From Alphaproteobacteria bacterium (GTDB lineage Bacteria > Pseudomonadota > Alphaproteobacteria > SP197), in assembly GCA_964291265.2 (NCBI GenBank), contig OZ219747.1, positions 2,368,001 to 2,432,000 on the forward strand: a DNA stretch of 64,000 bases, written 5' to 3'. Each line of letters starts with the position of its first letter. Within the stretch, counting starts at the first letter, position 1. Both the position numbers and the translations under genes were made by a program. Shown here one piece after another: positions 63,156-64,000 of this stretch. Below the pieces are notes generated by a model, which saw nothing but the letters and a program-made list of their open reading frames with translations, did not search any database and was not told the DNA's origin.

Positions 63156-63708
63156 GATCGTCCCTCCCGACATGTCTCCAGGGCAGGGTATAGCGCTTGA
63201 CCGCCTCGACAAGAAGGACGCTCTTGGCGCTTGCGGATGTCGTCAGGCATGTTCGGCCGAACGCACGGCGGCACGTTGCCGGCCCCGATTGCCGGCACGG
63301 CGGCAGGAGGGTCGTGTCGAAAGGTGTTTTCCGGATTCCCCGACCGAACACGATCAACAGGGCATCGGGCGGCTCCGAAGCCACGGCACCCGGGCTCCGT
63401 TCTTCACCCCCTCCGAATGAACTGCCGCAGAACGGAGAGGTCTTGGTTTTCCTTCGCCCCGCGATGCGGAGGACCGGGCAGACCGCATGCCGGATGACCG
63501 GACGCTTCGCCAGGCTCCCATTGATGGCAGGCCCGGAATGGTGATTCGAGCCGCGATCGCGCGGGCCGCATGCAGATGACTTGTCGACCGGAACGGCGTA
63601 TGACCTGCGCTGGCACGGCAAATGGCAGGCCTGGAGGGGCGGTGAAGGCCCTTCGGCGATGAGGCCTGCCCGCAGATGATCGATTGCTGACCGTGGAGGA
63701 TGATCCGG

Positions 63709-64000
63709 ATGCTCACCAGGCTCACCATCCGCAACTTCAAGCGTTTCGGCGCCGTCGATGTCGATCTGGGGAGTCCGGTCGTGTTCGTCGGCCCGAACAA
63801 TTCGGGCAAGACCTCGGTCCTGCAGGCCCTTGTCCTGTGGGAGTTCGGCCTGAAGCGGTGGAACGAGAAGCGTGCCGGAAAGAGCGCGCCCGACAGACGT
63901 CCGGGCGTGACGGTCAATCGCAAGGACCTGTTTGCCATTCCACACCCCAGCGCCCTCCAACTGTGGCGCGGCCTGCACGTGCGCGATGTGCGGAGAGTCG
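63709..64000 (+). CDS. AAA/ABC-type ATPase (OLD/AAA_15-21-like), 5' part; runs off the window end
   Basis: Manual translation MLTRLTIRNFKRF...FVGPNNSGKTSVLQAL with Walker A; GGAGG RBS at 63695. Confidence 0.85.
   Translation, partial: MLTRLTIRNFKRFGAVDVDLGSPVVFVGPNNSGKTSVLQALVLWEFGLKRWNEKRAGKSAPDRRPGVTVNRKDLFAIPHPSALQLWRGLHVRDVRRV

Noticed and set aside
63180-63430. 6S RNA or riboswitch upstream of the homocysteine methyltransferase
   Set aside because: No consensus could be matched by eye; it needs a covariance-model search.

Overview
GC-rich alphaproteobacterial chromosome segment; the gene order suggests Rhodospirillales, and the FN3/Calx-beta autotransporter may point to a host-associated lifestyle. 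(1) 1-~5.95 kb is a decaying defence/toxin-antitoxin island: two AbiE type IV TA modules plus a duplicated relic, a RelE/HigA-type type II TA pair, a DUF5131 stub, an internally deleted Type ISP restriction enzyme and a Schlafen/AlbA-HATPase-HTH gene. It is fused to an enolase-family pseudogene. (2) Core genes follow: moaE-moaD-moeA-pgsA-uvrC, peroxiredoxin, fhs, an ACT protein, an EF-G paralog, an amidase and RNase P RNA. (3) A complete 2456-bp IS66-family element (15-bp IRs, 8-bp GAAATTTC target duplication) carries a DNA adenine methyltransferase overlapping its transposase gene and sits just upstream of the dcw promoter. (4) A full dcw cluster runs from mraZ to ftsZ. (5) A ~9.4-kb insertion separates ftsZ from lpxC; it holds an IS66 relic, a ~1.8k-aa autotransporter with a C11 tract that breaks the frame after the likely start, and a frameshifted qNor with altered active-site residues. 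(6) The rest is lpxC, an HTH-fused ubiG, lysC, a flavin oxidoreductase, rodZ, ispG, hisS, a Cys-free HemA-like protein, prfA, prmC, DUF4167, clpB, a homocysteine S-methyltransferase and the start of an AAA/ABC ATPase. All family calls come from motifs recognised by eye; no searches were run.
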